Source: a virus. From it: DNA of 64,000 nt. Made by a program: the position numbers and the translations under genes. Below the pieces are notes generated by a model. The model did not search any database and had not been told where the DNA came from. It saw only the letters and a list, made by a program, of their open reading frames with translations. This document shows positions 21,133 through 31,374 of the stretch, piece after piece (position 1 is the stretch's first letter; each line of letters begins with the position of its first letter). The stretch is from the IMG/VR virus record IMGVR_UViG_3300032287_003808, positions 1 through 64,000 of that record, one strand, 5' to 3'.

Positions 21133-21831
21133 CTATCCCCTAATATCTTTGTATACCTCTAAGATATAGTCAACTATTGCATGCCTATGATTTTTCATCA
21201 ATGTAACTACTTCAAATCCAGGAACATCTTTCATGTGTTTACATACAACATCAAACCCTGATTGTTTGCGATCTTTTAAATCAATTTGAGCCCCATCACC
21301 ACAAAATATCATTTTAGCTCCATTACAAATACGAGTTAATAATAATTCAGTTTGATTATCTGTTAAATTTTGAGCTTCATCAACTACAACTAAACAATTT
21401 GTAAAGTTTCTACCTCGCATAAAAGATACAGGGACAATTTCGATTTCACCATCTATTATACATTTTTCGATTTTTTCTTTAGTATATAAACGATGCATGT
21501 TTTCATATACTGGCGCTGTAAATGGAGCAAGTTTTTCGTTTACATCTCCTGGAAGATAACCTATGTCTTCTCCAGCTACTACTGTTGGTCGGGTAATGAT
21601 TACTTTTTCAATTTCTCTACTAAACAATAAATCAAGGGCAACATTTGCTGCTAGCAAAGATTTACCTGAACCTGCTTTTCCTTTTAGTATCGTGACTGTA
21701 TTGTAAAGGATTTTTTCTTTAGCTTGTTTTTGCTCTTCGTTTAATTGGATATTAAACTTAATGGGACCTTTAGGTTTTCTTTTTGATTTAAAAACTTCTT
21801 GGGCTTCAGGACTTCTATTAAAATCAGACAT
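21133..21831 (-). CDS. phoH: PhoH-family ATPase
   Basis: Walker A 'GKAGSGKS', 'IGYLPGDVNEK', 'FMRGRNF', 'DEAQN', 'GDGAQIDL'. Confidence 0.92.
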   Translation of the reverse strand: MSDFNRSPEAQEVFKSKRKPKGPIKFNIQLNEEQKQAKEKILYNTVTILKGKAGSGKSLLAANVALDLLFSREIEKVIITRPTVVAGEDIGYLPGDVNEKLAPFTAPVYENMHRLYTKEKIEKCIIDGEIEIVPVSFMRGRNFTNCLVVVDEAQNLTDNQTELLLTRICNGAKMIFCGDGAQIDLKDRKQSGFDVVCKHMKDVPGFEVVTLMKNHRHAIVDYILEVYKDIRG

Positions 21832-21861
21832 AAACTTTGTTTTATTAATAAATATTAAAAA

Positions 21862-22563
21862 TCAACTATTTACTATATCAGTAAATACAATAGTATTCCC
21901 TCTCATTAAGAAATTACCAGGAGTAGGGTCTAAAACTCCAGCATCAATGATATCTTCCATATCTAAAGCAGAATTTAAATCATTTTTTATACCTACTAAT
22001 TGATTTAAAAAATCATATTTTTTAATTGTAGGTTCTACTGATGGGTCTAACTCTAATAATACTTTTTCTATTTCATTAATTTCTATTAAATTTTCTAAGA
22101 AATTATCTAAATAAGGTGCTTTTTTATTGTAGTTAGGGAATAACATTAAAAATAAATTAAATAAGTCTTTAGGTAATTCATTTAAATATTCTAACACAAT
22201 TACTCCAACATACTCACTTTGTTCAGATTCTTCTTCAAAATGAATTATATTATATATTTTAGGAAGATGTTTATAATTTGTTCCTAATAAATCTTCAGCA
22301 GTGTATACGTCATAAATGTTTTTAGTAATTTTAATAACTTTATTAGAATTTCCTATTTTAAAAACTTTTCCATTTGCTCCACTTCCTAAAAAAGAGTGTT
22401 CTTCATCATATTTGGTTATAGGAGTTAAATCTCTTTTATATTGGTTAAACAATTTAATAAAATCATCCCACGTTTCTGCTTTATCAAATTCAGACTGGGT
22501 AAATTCATTTAATATATTGAGAATTTCTTCTTTTATTAATGTTTTTAAATGAGATTTTTTCAT
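21862..22563 (-). CDS. protein-kinase-like (APH/RIO-type fold) protein with N-terminal LIKEE leader
   Basis: Gly loop 'LGSGANGKVF', 'VIKIT', hinge 'IVLEYL', catalytic-type 'DPTPGN', 'FTDI'; likely start MKKSHLK at 22563 just after late motif. Confidence 0.65.
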   Translation of the reverse strand: MKKSHLKTLIKEEILNILNEFTQSEFDKAETWDDFIKLFNQYKRDLTPITKYDEEHSFLGSGANGKVFKIGNSNKVIKITKNIYDVYTAEDLLGTNYKHLPKIYNIIHFEEESEQSEYVGVIVLEYLNELPKDLFNLFLMLFPNYNKKAPYLDNFLENLIEINEIEKVLLELDPSVEPTIKKYDFLNQLVGIKNDLNSALDMEDIIDAGVLDPTPGNFLMRGNTIVFTDIVNS

Positions 22564-22582
22564 GTTTTTGTTATACATATAC

Positions 22583-22608
22583 AAAAAAAGCCTGGCTTTC
22601 GCCAGGCT
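22583..22608 (-). terminator. intrinsic terminator after major capsid gene
   Basis: AGCCTGGC-GAAA-GCCAGGCT then T run on minus strand. Confidence 0.88.
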
Positions 22609-22631
22609 CTTTCAAACTATGATTCTATTGA

Positions 22632-24365
22632 TTAGATCAAGTTAGTGTTACTTACAAACACACGACCATAGAATTCAGGACGGATCATTTTCTTCGCGTA
22701 GCGAGTCAATAAACCTTTTCTTGGTGTAAATGTGTCTGGATCGTACACAAGTGGAGTCATAATTAATGGAATGTATGGGCTAAATGTAGCACCTGTTTCC
22801 AAGAATTGTGAACCTCTATAACCCATCAAGATAGTACCTTCAGTCATGTATGGATTCTTGTAAACTGTAAAGCGGTTGTTTAATTGACCTGCTTTTTGGA
22901 TACCGAATGCATAAGACATTTTAGTAGCTTCACCATCTGAAGTTGAAGCAAATCCTGGGATTGATTCAAGGATAGTTGCAACTGTAGGAGAAACAACCAT
23001 AAAGTTAGCACCTCCACGTAGAGTTTTCTGGTGGATTTTGTTACTTACTTTTTGGAATTTCGTTCCTAAAGTTTGGAACCATTGACCTTGTGTATTGTAG
23101 AATGCAAGATCTGTATAACCAGTTCCTGTAGAATTCAATTGTTGGTTGTTTTCAACATTCCAATATTCATCCCATGCAGAAGCATCTTGGATCAACATAT
23201 CAAGTATTTCAAGGTCGATTTCCAACGCGATATACTCAGACATGATTGATGTTAATTCAGCTTCAGCATCAAGAGCTTGATATGCATTCAAATCTTGAGC
23301 GAATTCAGGTGTCCATTGAGCATTCAACTTACGAGTTTTAGCAACAATAGCTTCTGATTTCAACTGAACGTTGATTTGTGGAATAGCTAATTGGTCTGCA
23401 GCAGAAGACTCAGCATTTGGATAACCACCACGAGCACCAGACTGATCTTCGAAATCACCACGGTAATTGTCAGTAGGTTGAACGTTATAGTACAAGAAGT
23501 TAGCAGTTGCATCTGAACCAGTTCCTGGGATACCATCACTAGCTGTAGATCCTGAAGCAGAACCAGAGAAAATAAATGTGATTGTGCTTGTACCGTTTGT
23601 AGTAGTAAACTCAGGTAACAAACGAGCATAAATTTGAGTTCCTGGGACACCAGAACCAGCTGAACCTGAAGCTGCTACGAATGCACGAACACCTTTAAAG
23701 TCAGGATTAGTAATGTTAGTACCAGCACCTACAAAATAAGTAACTTTTGAGTACTCATTTGCAGCAACAGATGCAGACAATTCAGCAGCGTATTTAACAT
23801 CAGCCCAAGACGCTTTTGAACGAGATACTTGAACAGAAGCTGAGAATTGGTTGATAGAGTATGCGAATCGACCAGCACCATACAAACCGTTAGATGCGTT
23901 AGCAGCAACTCCTGGGTTAGTGTTACCATACAAAGATGAAGTAGCACCATATACATCACCACCAGGTCCGAAAGGTCCAACAGGAGCAGTTTTTCCTTGA
24001 TCGTATTGGAAATCTAAGAAGAATACAAGTCCAGAAGGCAAGTTCATAGGTTGTACAGAAACGAATTCTTTAGTAGAAATCGAACCGAACACCTTACGTA
24101 CCAATGGAAGAGCAACTCCAGCCCATTGTGCACCTGTACCTACTGTAAAAGTACCACCTGTACCAGCAGTGTTAGTAGAAGATTCAACAACCAATTGTTT
24201 AGCTTGGTTTTCAAGGATTAAAGCCATGTTGTTTTTCTCAACTTCGCCACCTAATCCTTCTAGTAGGCCTGTTTTAGCCCATTTAGCAGCAATTCGAGCT
24301 GCATCACTCTGCATGTTTTTCCAACCGCTAGCAGAGCTTTCTAAAAGTGAATTAATGTTTGACAT
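22632..24365 (-). CDS. major capsid protein (T4 gp23-like)
   Basis: 'VSVQPMNLPSGLVFFLDF', 'AKTRKLNAQWTPEFAQDLNAY', 'PYIPL', 'FTPRKGLLTRY'; likely start MSNINSLLE at 24365 (577 aa). Confidence 0.95.
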   Translation of the reverse strand: MSNINSLLESSASGWKNMQSDAARIAAKWAKTGLLEGLGGEVEKNNMALILENQAKQLVVESSTNTAGTGGTFTVGTGAQWAGVALPLVRKVFGSISTKEFVSVQPMNLPSGLVFFLDFQYDQGKTAPVGPFGPGGDVYGATSSLYGNTNPGVAANASNGLYGAGRFAYSINQFSASVQVSRSKASWADVKYAAELSASVAANEYSKVTYFVGAGTNITNPDFKGVRAFVAASGSAGSGVPGTQIYARLLPEFTTTNGTSTITFIFSGSASGSTASDGIPGTGSDATANFLYYNVQPTDNYRGDFEDQSGARGGYPNAESSAADQLAIPQINVQLKSEAIVAKTRKLNAQWTPEFAQDLNAYQALDAEAELTSIMSEYIALEIDLEILDMLIQDASAWDEYWNVENNQQLNSTGTGYTDLAFYNTQGQWFQTLGTKFQKVSNKIHQKTLRGGANFMVVSPTVATILESIPGFASTSDGEATKMSYAFGIQKAGQLNNRFTVYKNPYMTEGTILMGYRGSQFLETGATFSPYIPLIMTPLVYDPDTFTPRKGLLTRYAKKMIRPEFYGRVFVSNTNLI

Positions 24366-24393
24366 TGTTTTTGTTTTTGTTTTTAGTTTAAAA

Positions 24394-25674
24394 TTAAATA
24401 ATTCCTGCCAATTTTTGGAATCTAGCGACCATGTCATTTGATTCTACGATTGGCTGTTTTTTAGGCGCATTTAATACTTTTGATGCACTTCCTAAGTTTT
24501 CGTTTAATTTAGTAGCTTTAACTTTCAATCCCTCGTTTAAAGTTTCAAATACTAATTTAACTTCTCCAACTGTGGTAGCTTTATCAAAAGAACTAAGTAC
24601 TTTAACCTTTTGATTTTCATTTAAGTTTTTAGATTTAAAAATTTTGTTTGTGTAAAGCAATTTAGCATTTAACAAATTGATTTCATTTAAATCTTGACGA
24701 AGAGTTTCAATAGTAGCATAAGCTTCATCTAACTCAGACTTAAGACTTTCAAATGTAGAAGGCATGTTTGGTCCTTTTATATTATCTGAAGTAATGTATG
24801 TTACTTTACCATCTTTAGCTGAGAATCCTCCTAAACCAGCGTCTTCTTTAGCTTGTTTGGTTAAGTCTGCGATTTCAGCATCACTAGGAGAGTAAGAATC
24901 ATCTAATTTTCCTAATCGTTTAAAAGCAATAATTTTGTTTGGAAGTTCTTTCATAAGATCTTCTACAGCTCCAGATGAACCTAATCTATTAACAGCAGCT
25001 ACAACTTTGTTCATTAAATTTTTAACAAAATCTCCTGCTTTTGTTCCTTCTTCTAGATCTTCTTCTAAATCTTCTTCGTAGTTCATACCTTCGGTTTCCA
25101 TCGCATCGATTTCTCGTAAAAGTTCTTCTAAATTGATTTCTTCATCATCGGACATTTCTATTTCTTCTCTGTCTCCTGTTTCATCTTCTTCAGCATCTAC
25201 TTCTACTTCTCCATTTTTCATTAGATCCATAAGTACATCTTCGATCATTTTCTTTAGATCTTCATCAGTGAAATCTTCAAGGTCAATAGGTTCACCTTCT
25301 TCTTCATCCTCTTCAAACTTTTCAACTTCAACTTCTTCGTCTTCGTTTTCGTCTTCGTTTAGTTCTCCGAATAATTCATTTAAATCCAAATCTTCTTCCA
25401 TAGATCCCTCATCTCCGTATTCGTCTTCATCTAATGCTTTTGACATATCTGAAAATCCTACGTCTCCTTCAGCTCTTGATTTTCCAAATCCGACTTCTTC
25501 TAAGTCTTCTTTTTCATCCTCATCAGCCATTTCTTGGAGTTTAAGAGAAATCATAGATTTCAATTGTGGAGCAAATGACTCTTCTAGAACTGCTTTAGCA
25601 TTTGCGATTGCAGTTTCCTTAACGGTCTTAGCATCAGCAATTGCTTCTTTAAGCAAATTTCTGTTTGTTGACAT
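24394..25674 (-). CDS. prohead core scaffold protein (T4 gp22-like)
   Basis: 426 aa highly acidic, coiled-coil, between protease and capsid genes; many L-x-E sites; C-terminal 'RFQKLAGI'. Confidence 0.75.
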   Translation of the reverse strand: MSTNRNLLKEAIADAKTVKETAIANAKAVLEESFAPQLKSMISLKLQEMADEDEKEDLEEVGFGKSRAEGDVGFSDMSKALDEDEYGDEGSMEEDLDLNELFGELNEDENEDEEVEVEKFEEDEEEGEPIDLEDFTDEDLKKMIEDVLMDLMKNGEVEVDAEEDETGDREEIEMSDDEEINLEELLREIDAMETEGMNYEEDLEEDLEEGTKAGDFVKNLMNKVVAAVNRLGSSGAVEDLMKELPNKIIAFKRLGKLDDSYSPSDAEIADLTKQAKEDAGLGGFSAKDGKVTYITSDNIKGPNMPSTFESLKSELDEAYATIETLRQDLNEINLLNAKLLYTNKIFKSKNLNENQKVKVLSSFDKATTVGEVKLVFETLNEGLKVKATKLNENLGSASKVLNAPKKQPIVESNDMVARFQKLAGII

Positions 25675-25817
25675 TTTTCCTAAATTTATTTTTTTGTTGG
25701 GAAAGTACGTTTATTAAGAAACGTAATAGATATTCTTTAATTAAATGCTATATATTATTGAGGGGATAGCATATTCGCGTTATAGGTATATAAAAAAATA
25801 TTTAAAGTCGCAGAGAC

Positions 25818-25842
25818 AAAAAAAGCCCTCAAAAAAGAGGGC
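25818..25842 (-). terminator. intrinsic terminator after prohead protease
   Basis: GCCCTC-T6-GAGGGC followed by T7 on minus strand. Confidence 0.75.
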
Positions 25843-25868
25843 AATTTTCACCGGTTTGCAAATCTTTA

Positions 25869-26507
25869 TTACCAAATAGGACAAGATCCTTGTGAACAAA
25901 GTATTTCAGTTATAATAGAATTAACTTTGACATATGGGTTAGAATTAGTATGATTTAAACCTTCATGTAACCCTATACCCATTGAGTTTCCTTTAGATAT
26001 TGGAGTCATCCATGAATCTGGGTTTGAAGGTGTTGATACAAAGTCCCAACATAGTAAATCAAAGTCAGGTTGTACTACTAATAATCCTTTTTCTTCTTGT
26101 AATGATCCCATCCCACGAGAAGAAACACCAACCATAATGCCACTATCAAGTAATGCTTTTAGAATATTTCCTGATGGTGTTGGTAAGATTTCTATTTTAC
26201 CCATAACGTTATCTCCATCCCACCATATATCAGTGATATTATGTGATACATTTTTTAGGTTAATTATAGAAGATTCAGGGTGATCTAGTTCACCACATGC
26301 TCTGTTTTCTTTAACAGAAACCATGTACTTTTCAATCTCTCGTTCCCAAAGATCTTTTTTGTAATATCTACCATTACCGTTTTTAATTTCCGCGGTTGCT
26401 AAAATACCCTCAACTAAAGGATTACCTTTAGGGGATGTTTTGCCCTCTGTTAAAGATACAACAGATGGTTTGAATAATTGGGTCTCTATTAATACTTGTT
26501 TACTCAT
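25869..26507 (-). CDS. prohead core protease (T4 gp21-like)
   Basis: 'KNGNGRYY', 'GELDHP', 'VSHNI', 'GVSSRGMGS', 'WDFVSTPS'. Confidence 0.93.
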   Translation of the reverse strand: MSKQVLIETQLFKPSVVSLTEGKTSPKGNPLVEGILATAEIKNGNGRYYKKDLWEREIEKYMVSVKENRACGELDHPESSIINLKNVSHNITDIWWDGDNVMGKIEILPTPSGNILKALLDSGIMVGVSSRGMGSLQEEKGLLVVQPDFDLLCWDFVSTPSNPDSWMTPISKGNSMGIGLHEGLNHTNSNPYVKVNSIITEILCSQGSCPIW

Positions 26508-28099
26508 TATCTTAAACGGCTTTCTATATCGCTACGCATACGAGGATTAAACTTAACTAAAATATCATCTATATCTAAACCTCCATTATACATTTCTTGA
26601 GCTTGATTTACAGCGTCTTCAAGCCCCATATCAATACCTTCTTCACCTACTTCATCAATTACTTCTTTTTTCTTACCTTTACCTTTATGCATCATCTTTT
26701 CAATTTTAGATTTTGCTTTTTCTAAGGCTTTGATATCTTTAGATATTTCTTTAACTTTTTTAGCATCAGTAAGATCTTTCATATCTTCATCTTCATCTAA
26801 ACGATTAATTTGAGATTGTTTTTTATCAATTAATGCTTGTACTTTATCTAATTTATTTTGAAGCGCTTCATGTTCTGCTTCTTTATTGATTTGAGCAAGA
26901 TCTTTTTCAATACCTTCAGTAAGTGCTGATGCTGAGTTTTTAATAGTAATGCTGCCTAATACTTCTCTTTTTTCTCCTGTGTCTCTATCAGTTTTTGTAA
27001 GTGTAGTAGTACTTATTGGGGTTAAACTAGTATAATATTTATCAGCACCAATAGACTTAACTACAGCTTTTCTAATTTCTCTTAAAGCATCTTTACTTTC
27101 TTGGCTTATCCCTCCTATAACTCTACTTAAAGAAGATTTCATTGATTCTTTTTCTCTAGAGGATCGACCACGCTCTTGACTTTCTAAGTCTTTGTATAAT
27201 AAAGCTGAAATTTTGATGTTTCCGTCATCTCCTAATATGATGTGAGGTTTACCCCAACTTAAAGAATTTTCACCTTCAGTATTAATACGATTAACATCTA
27301 AAGCATTTAATGTAATAGTTTCTTTAATAAATCTTCTTCCGCCGCCTCCAGATTTAGGAGGTCTGATGTTAATCATTTCTTCTATTTCTTCAGAAATAAT
27401 TTCACGGATTATTTTTCGTAATTTATCCTCTTCATTTAACGGTTGAACTGATTCATTTAAATCACCATATCCAGATGCTTTATATTTACCTTTAGCTTCT
27501 TTTGGAGTACCTAAACCAGGATGTTCAGTTGTATATCCTAAACCTTTAACACCAAATTGACCTTCTTTTGTATAGTAAATTGGGTCTTTAGTTAAATTTT
27601 TAAGTACTATATCTTTTAATTGCTGCATTGTTTTATCAGCATTCTTAGGGTCTTTTAATTCGGTGTAATAACCCATCATGATTTGATCAAAAATCAAGTT
27701 ATCAGGATTAGTTTTTACCATCGATTCATATCCTTTATCTAAGTCATCTTTAACTTGTTTAGAAGGTTTTTTTAACTCAGCTTTTTCAGTTTCCTCTTGA
27801 GATTTAACTTTTTTCTCTTTAACTTCTTTAGCTTTAATTTGAGGATCTTTTGCTTCTTCTAAGAATTTTTCGAAAGCAAGTTCGTATGACTCTTTTTTAG
27901 ATTCAATTTTATTAATAGGAGTAATACCTACTATATTCTCATTAATAACTCCTTTTTGCTTAAGGATATTTGTTGCTTCATCAAATGTAGCAGCATTACG
28001 AACATAGTTAGGGAATTGACGTTTAGCATCATTTAAGAACATACCTTTATGTCCTTTTCCTTCTTTAATTAATTTGTATTGTTCATTAAGGGTTTTCAT
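26507..28099 (-). CDS. hypothetical head-associated/core protein
   Basis: 530 aa, K/E-rich, between portal and protease; contains 'KLRKIIREIISEEIEE' and several L/I-N-E sites. Confidence 0.5.
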   Translation of the reverse strand: MKTLNEQYKLIKEGKGHKGMFLNDAKRQFPNYVRNAATFDEATNILKQKGVINENIVGITPINKIESKKESYELAFEKFLEEAKDPQIKAKEVKEKKVKSQEETEKAELKKPSKQVKDDLDKGYESMVKTNPDNLIFDQIMMGYYTELKDPKNADKTMQQLKDIVLKNLTKDPIYYTKEGQFGVKGLGYTTEHPGLGTPKEAKGKYKASGYGDLNESVQPLNEEDKLRKIIREIISEEIEEMINIRPPKSGGGGRRFIKETITLNALDVNRINTEGENSLSWGKPHIILGDDGNIKISALLYKDLESQERGRSSREKESMKSSLSRVIGGISQESKDALREIRKAVVKSIGADKYYTSLTPISTTTLTKTDRDTGEKREVLGSITIKNSASALTEGIEKDLAQINKEAEHEALQNKLDKVQALIDKKQSQINRLDEDEDMKDLTDAKKVKEISKDIKALEKAKSKIEKMMHKGKGKKKEVIDEVGEEGIDMGLEDAVNQAQEMYNGGLDIDDILVKFNPRMRSDIESRLR

Positions 28100-28562
28100 T
28101 CTCTTCTCCTTTTAATAATTTTTTTATGTCTTGTATGTATTCTAAAATTAAATCAGTTGATATAATTATTTCATTCGACCCTGGGTTTTCTTGGTAGAAT
28201 TCTACGGTCTGGTTTTTAGCGTTTGAAATCATAGGTGAAAGTGAGTTTAATTCATTTTCTATATCTTCAAAAGCTTTTAAACGTTCTTGTTGAAATGCAT
28301 CTGTTGTATCTTCTTCAAATAATTTTTTTACTTCTAAACCAGATCCTTTAATTTTGTTAGGTACTGCTTTCCATCCTAATTTATAATAGTATGGTTTTTT
28401 TACTCCTTTTTCATTAGTACCTTTTTTAAAAGAATATTTAGTAGCATCTTGAGCACCTTCACCAGGGGTAAAGGCACCTTCACCACCACCAGCTCCTGTT
28501 GATGATTCTTCTTTTAACTTTTTAATAGTTTCTCTTACAATATTTTTTATTCTATCAGACAT
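28086..28562 (-). CDS. hypothetical head-associated protein with LIKEE-type leader
   Basis: 158 aa; starts 'MSDRIKNIVRETIKKLKEE'. Confidence 0.5.
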   Translation of the reverse strand: MSDRIKNIVRETIKKLKEESSTGAGGGEGAFTPGEGAQDATKYSFKKGTNEKGVKKPYYYKLGWKAVPNKIKGSGLEVKKLFEEDTTDAFQQERLKAFEDIENELNSLSPMISNAKNQTVEFYQENPGSNEIIISTDLILEYIQDIKKLLKGEENENP

Positions 28563-29412
28563 TTACTACTTCTAGTTCAGTTAATAAATCGCAGTATTGT
28601 AACAAATTAACTAAATCATCATCTGTAACTTTATGAGTTTTATCTACAGGTTTAATAAGAGATATAACTTCATTAAGTTTAATTTTAGTTACAGGATCTT
28701 TAGTTTTATTATTTAATTTTTCTAATTGATTTTTAATTTCGTTTAATTTAGAAGTATAAAATTCTTTTAAACGAGGGGTATTATCTATAGAATTAATTAA
28801 TTCTTTTAAAATTAATTTTTGATGAGAATTTAAATCATCATATTTAGTATTAAAATTTTCTAATATAATACGATAAGTTAAAATTCGAGTATCTTTATCA
28901 GATTTTCTAAATTCCTCTAATACTTCATCTTTAATTTTTTTCTCTGAGATAGGGGCAGCTGTTAAGTGCTCTAAAATAGTGATTTTATTATTGATGATGT
29001 TTTCTGGGTCATTATTAATTTGAACATTATATGTTTCTACTAAAGTATAGAAAGCAGCATATATTTTATAATTAGGAAGTTTATGATTAAAAAATTCATT
29101 TAAATCATAAGATTTTTGAATCTCACTAATTAAGTTATACTTTTGTTTTTTTATTGTTTTTCTATTAAGTGTTTTAGAAGACTCAAGAAGAGTATCAATA
29201 ATAACATTAGCTTTAGCTTCAGTTAAACTAGTTTTTTTTAAAAGAGTTTCATATAATCTGAATTCTTTTCCGAGTTCTGTTTTGACAAAGTATTTTTTAA
29301 GTAATTCTTTGATAGGAGAATCTTTCCCTTCTAAAGTATCAGCTGTAATTTGCCTAACAAGCAATTCAAAAAGAATACCCGGGTTTTTATACTTCGAATG
29401 TTTAATTTTCAT
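28555..29412 (-). CDS. hypothetical helical protein downstream of portal
   Basis: 285 aa; 'KHSKYKNPGILFELLVRQIT'; intact ORF with late motif upstream. Confidence 0.55.
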   Translation of the reverse strand: MKIKHSKYKNPGILFELLVRQITADTLEGKDSPIKELLKKYFVKTELGKEFRLYETLLKKTSLTEAKANVIIDTLLESSKTLNRKTIKKQKYNLISEIQKSYDLNEFFNHKLPNYKIYAAFYTLVETYNVQINNDPENIINNKITILEHLTAAPISEKKIKDEVLEEFRKSDKDTRILTYRIILENFNTKYDDLNSHQKLILKELINSIDNTPRLKEFYTSKLNEIKNQLEKLNNKTKDPVTKIKLNEVISLIKPVDKTHKVTDDDLVNLLQYCDLLTELEVVNV

Positions 29413-29452
29413 TCTAGATAAGTGTTTTTATTTATAAATATATTAAGATTTA

Positions 29453-31351
29453 TTACTCGCGTATTTGGTTTTCATCTAATAATGATTCTTTCTGTTTATC
29501 AGATTCAAATACTAATTGTTTTTTTGTAATAGGAATTTTTTCAAGCATTTTGGATTGTGCTAAAGACAAACCTTTTGTTTCAAGTGCTAATGGAGACCCG
29601 CCCTTATAGTTGGGTTTTATTGAATCAGAGGCATCATTATCTTTTTTCATACCTAATGATCCTATTCTATCTTTTCCAAAAGCGCTATCTTGAGTGTTTC
29701 TATCTGTGTTTTTTTCTTTAGGTCTTCCTAAAGGATTAGCTTCATCATATCCAAAAGGAACATCATCTTTGTTTCCAAATCTATCTCTACCATATAAAGA
29801 TGCTAGATCATGTGGTGTACCATATGATTGACCTGTTTCTACTGGGTCGTTTCCTTCTGACTCTATCTGAGTTAATCTAAATTTACGTTTAGCGTCTTCT
29901 CTAATTAAATCTCTATATTCATCATATTGATCTTCACTCAAGTGGAATATATTTTCATATATCCAATCTGAAGGTAAAAGTTTATTTTCTAACATCTGGT
30001 TAGCTAAGTCAACTTTTTCTTTCATTAATGCAATTCTTTCTTGATCATAAATGATTGAAGGAGTAGTTAATGATAATTCAAAATTAGTTAAACTTTCAGC
30101 TGTATAACCTTGAGTGTATAAGTGAACTAATGCTATTTTATTTAGTTCTGATAAGATAATACGTTGTATTCTGTCTATAGTGCGAGCGAATCTAATATCC
30201 TCTGCAGCTAATGTTGCTTTACCTGTTAAGTCTTTTTCATATCCTAAAAACGCTTTAGGTACTTTAAGAGCAGCAAATAATTTATCTCTTAAATAAACTA
30301 CATCCGTAATACCATCATATTGTAAACCTTGAAGTGTATCAATTTTAGTTGCTTGATCATTACCACGAATAGGAATATAAAAATCTTCAAGTAAATTTTG
30401 CATGTTGTACTTCAAGTTATATTCACCTGTTTGTTGGTCAATATAAGGAGTACGTTTCATTTTAGAGATTGTTTTTTGCATGAAGTTTTCTACTTCAGCA
30501 GGCGCAATATTTCCAACATTAATATAAAATATGCGTTTTTCAGGCGCACGAACAATACGATGGATCAACATTGCGTCTTCCATTAGTGTGTATTGTTTAA
30601 ACAACTTACGAGCAGGTTCTAAATACGATCTACCATAAGGTAAAAAGTTAGTATCCGTTAACAAACGGAAGTGAGCCATTTCATAATTATCAAAAATAAT
30701 AGATGTTCCTTGCTGTGCTGAGTTAGGTACATCAAAGTATCCATAACTTGAAGCAGATATACCATCTGGGTCAAATCTAAATCTTACTGATGCTGGGTTG
30801 TTTCGGTCGTATCCTTCTTGTCTTTCAATATGGTATGCAGTATAAGGAATAACATTATATACACCATATTTTTCAGCGATTTCTAATTTAAGGAAGAAAT
30901 CACCGTATTTACACATATTACGAATCCAAGGCCATAAGTTGAATTCAATATTTAATACATCATAAAATAAGTTATATAGAATTTTTTGTACATCTTCATC
31001 CGAACTGCGAATTTGAAGTACTTCTCCCATATCATTTTTTAAAGTACTTTCATCAGCTATAATATCTAAAGCAGAAGCAATAATAGCATCTGTATCCATA
31101 GCATCATATTCTGAGTATAAAGTAGGACGTAATGTCTGGTAATTAAACGAGTTTTGATACCCGTATAATGAGGTTGCTGAGTTAGTGTAGATCCTGTTAA
31201 ACCTGTCCACTAATGAGTTAGTTTGGAGTTCACCCGATTGTTGGATTTGATTAACATCCATAACCTTAAGTTGTGTACCTCCTTGATTACGAATCACAAC
31301 ATCAGTTGAGAATAATCGTTTTAATCTAGAGAATAAGTCTTTATTTGCCAT
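29453..31351 (-). CDS. portal vertex protein (T4 gp20-like)
   Basis: 'LMEDAMLIHRIVRAPEKRIFYINVGN', 'LEDFYIPIRG', 'LFAALKVPKAFL', 'EDIRFARTIDRIQ'. Confidence 0.95.
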   Translation of the reverse strand: MANKDLFSRLKRLFSTDVVIRNQGGTQLKVMDVNQIQQSGELQTNSLVDRFNRIYTNSATSLYGYQNSFNYQTLRPTLYSEYDAMDTDAIIASALDIIADESTLKNDMGEVLQIRSSDEDVQKILYNLFYDVLNIEFNLWPWIRNMCKYGDFFLKLEIAEKYGVYNVIPYTAYHIERQEGYDRNNPASVRFRFDPDGISASSYGYFDVPNSAQQGTSIIFDNYEMAHFRLLTDTNFLPYGRSYLEPARKLFKQYTLMEDAMLIHRIVRAPEKRIFYINVGNIAPAEVENFMQKTISKMKRTPYIDQQTGEYNLKYNMQNLLEDFYIPIRGNDQATKIDTLQGLQYDGITDVVYLRDKLFAALKVPKAFLGYEKDLTGKATLAAEDIRFARTIDRIQRIILSELNKIALVHLYTQGYTAESLTNFELSLTTPSIIYDQERIALMKEKVDLANQMLENKLLPSDWIYENIFHLSEDQYDEYRDLIREDAKRKFRLTQIESEGNDPVETGQSYGTPHDLASLYGRDRFGNKDDVPFGYDEANPLGRPKEKNTDRNTQDSAFGKDRIGSLGMKKDNDASDSIKPNYKGGSPLALETKGLSLAQSKMLEKIPITKKQLVFESDKQKESLLDENQIRE

Positions 31352-31374
31352 ATTTTATAATATAATAATAAATA

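Noticed and set aside
23387-23980. Alternative-frame minus-strand ORFs inside the capsid gene (also 15797..16036 and 49713..49910)
   Set aside because: Explained by codon bias of the overlapping real genes; no recognisable motifs
22632-24437. Track's extended starts for capsid (24437), kinase (22584), 44813, 51113 and 12061
   Set aside because: The extensions overlap upstream genes or the promoter motif; downstream ATGs with A-rich leaders fit better
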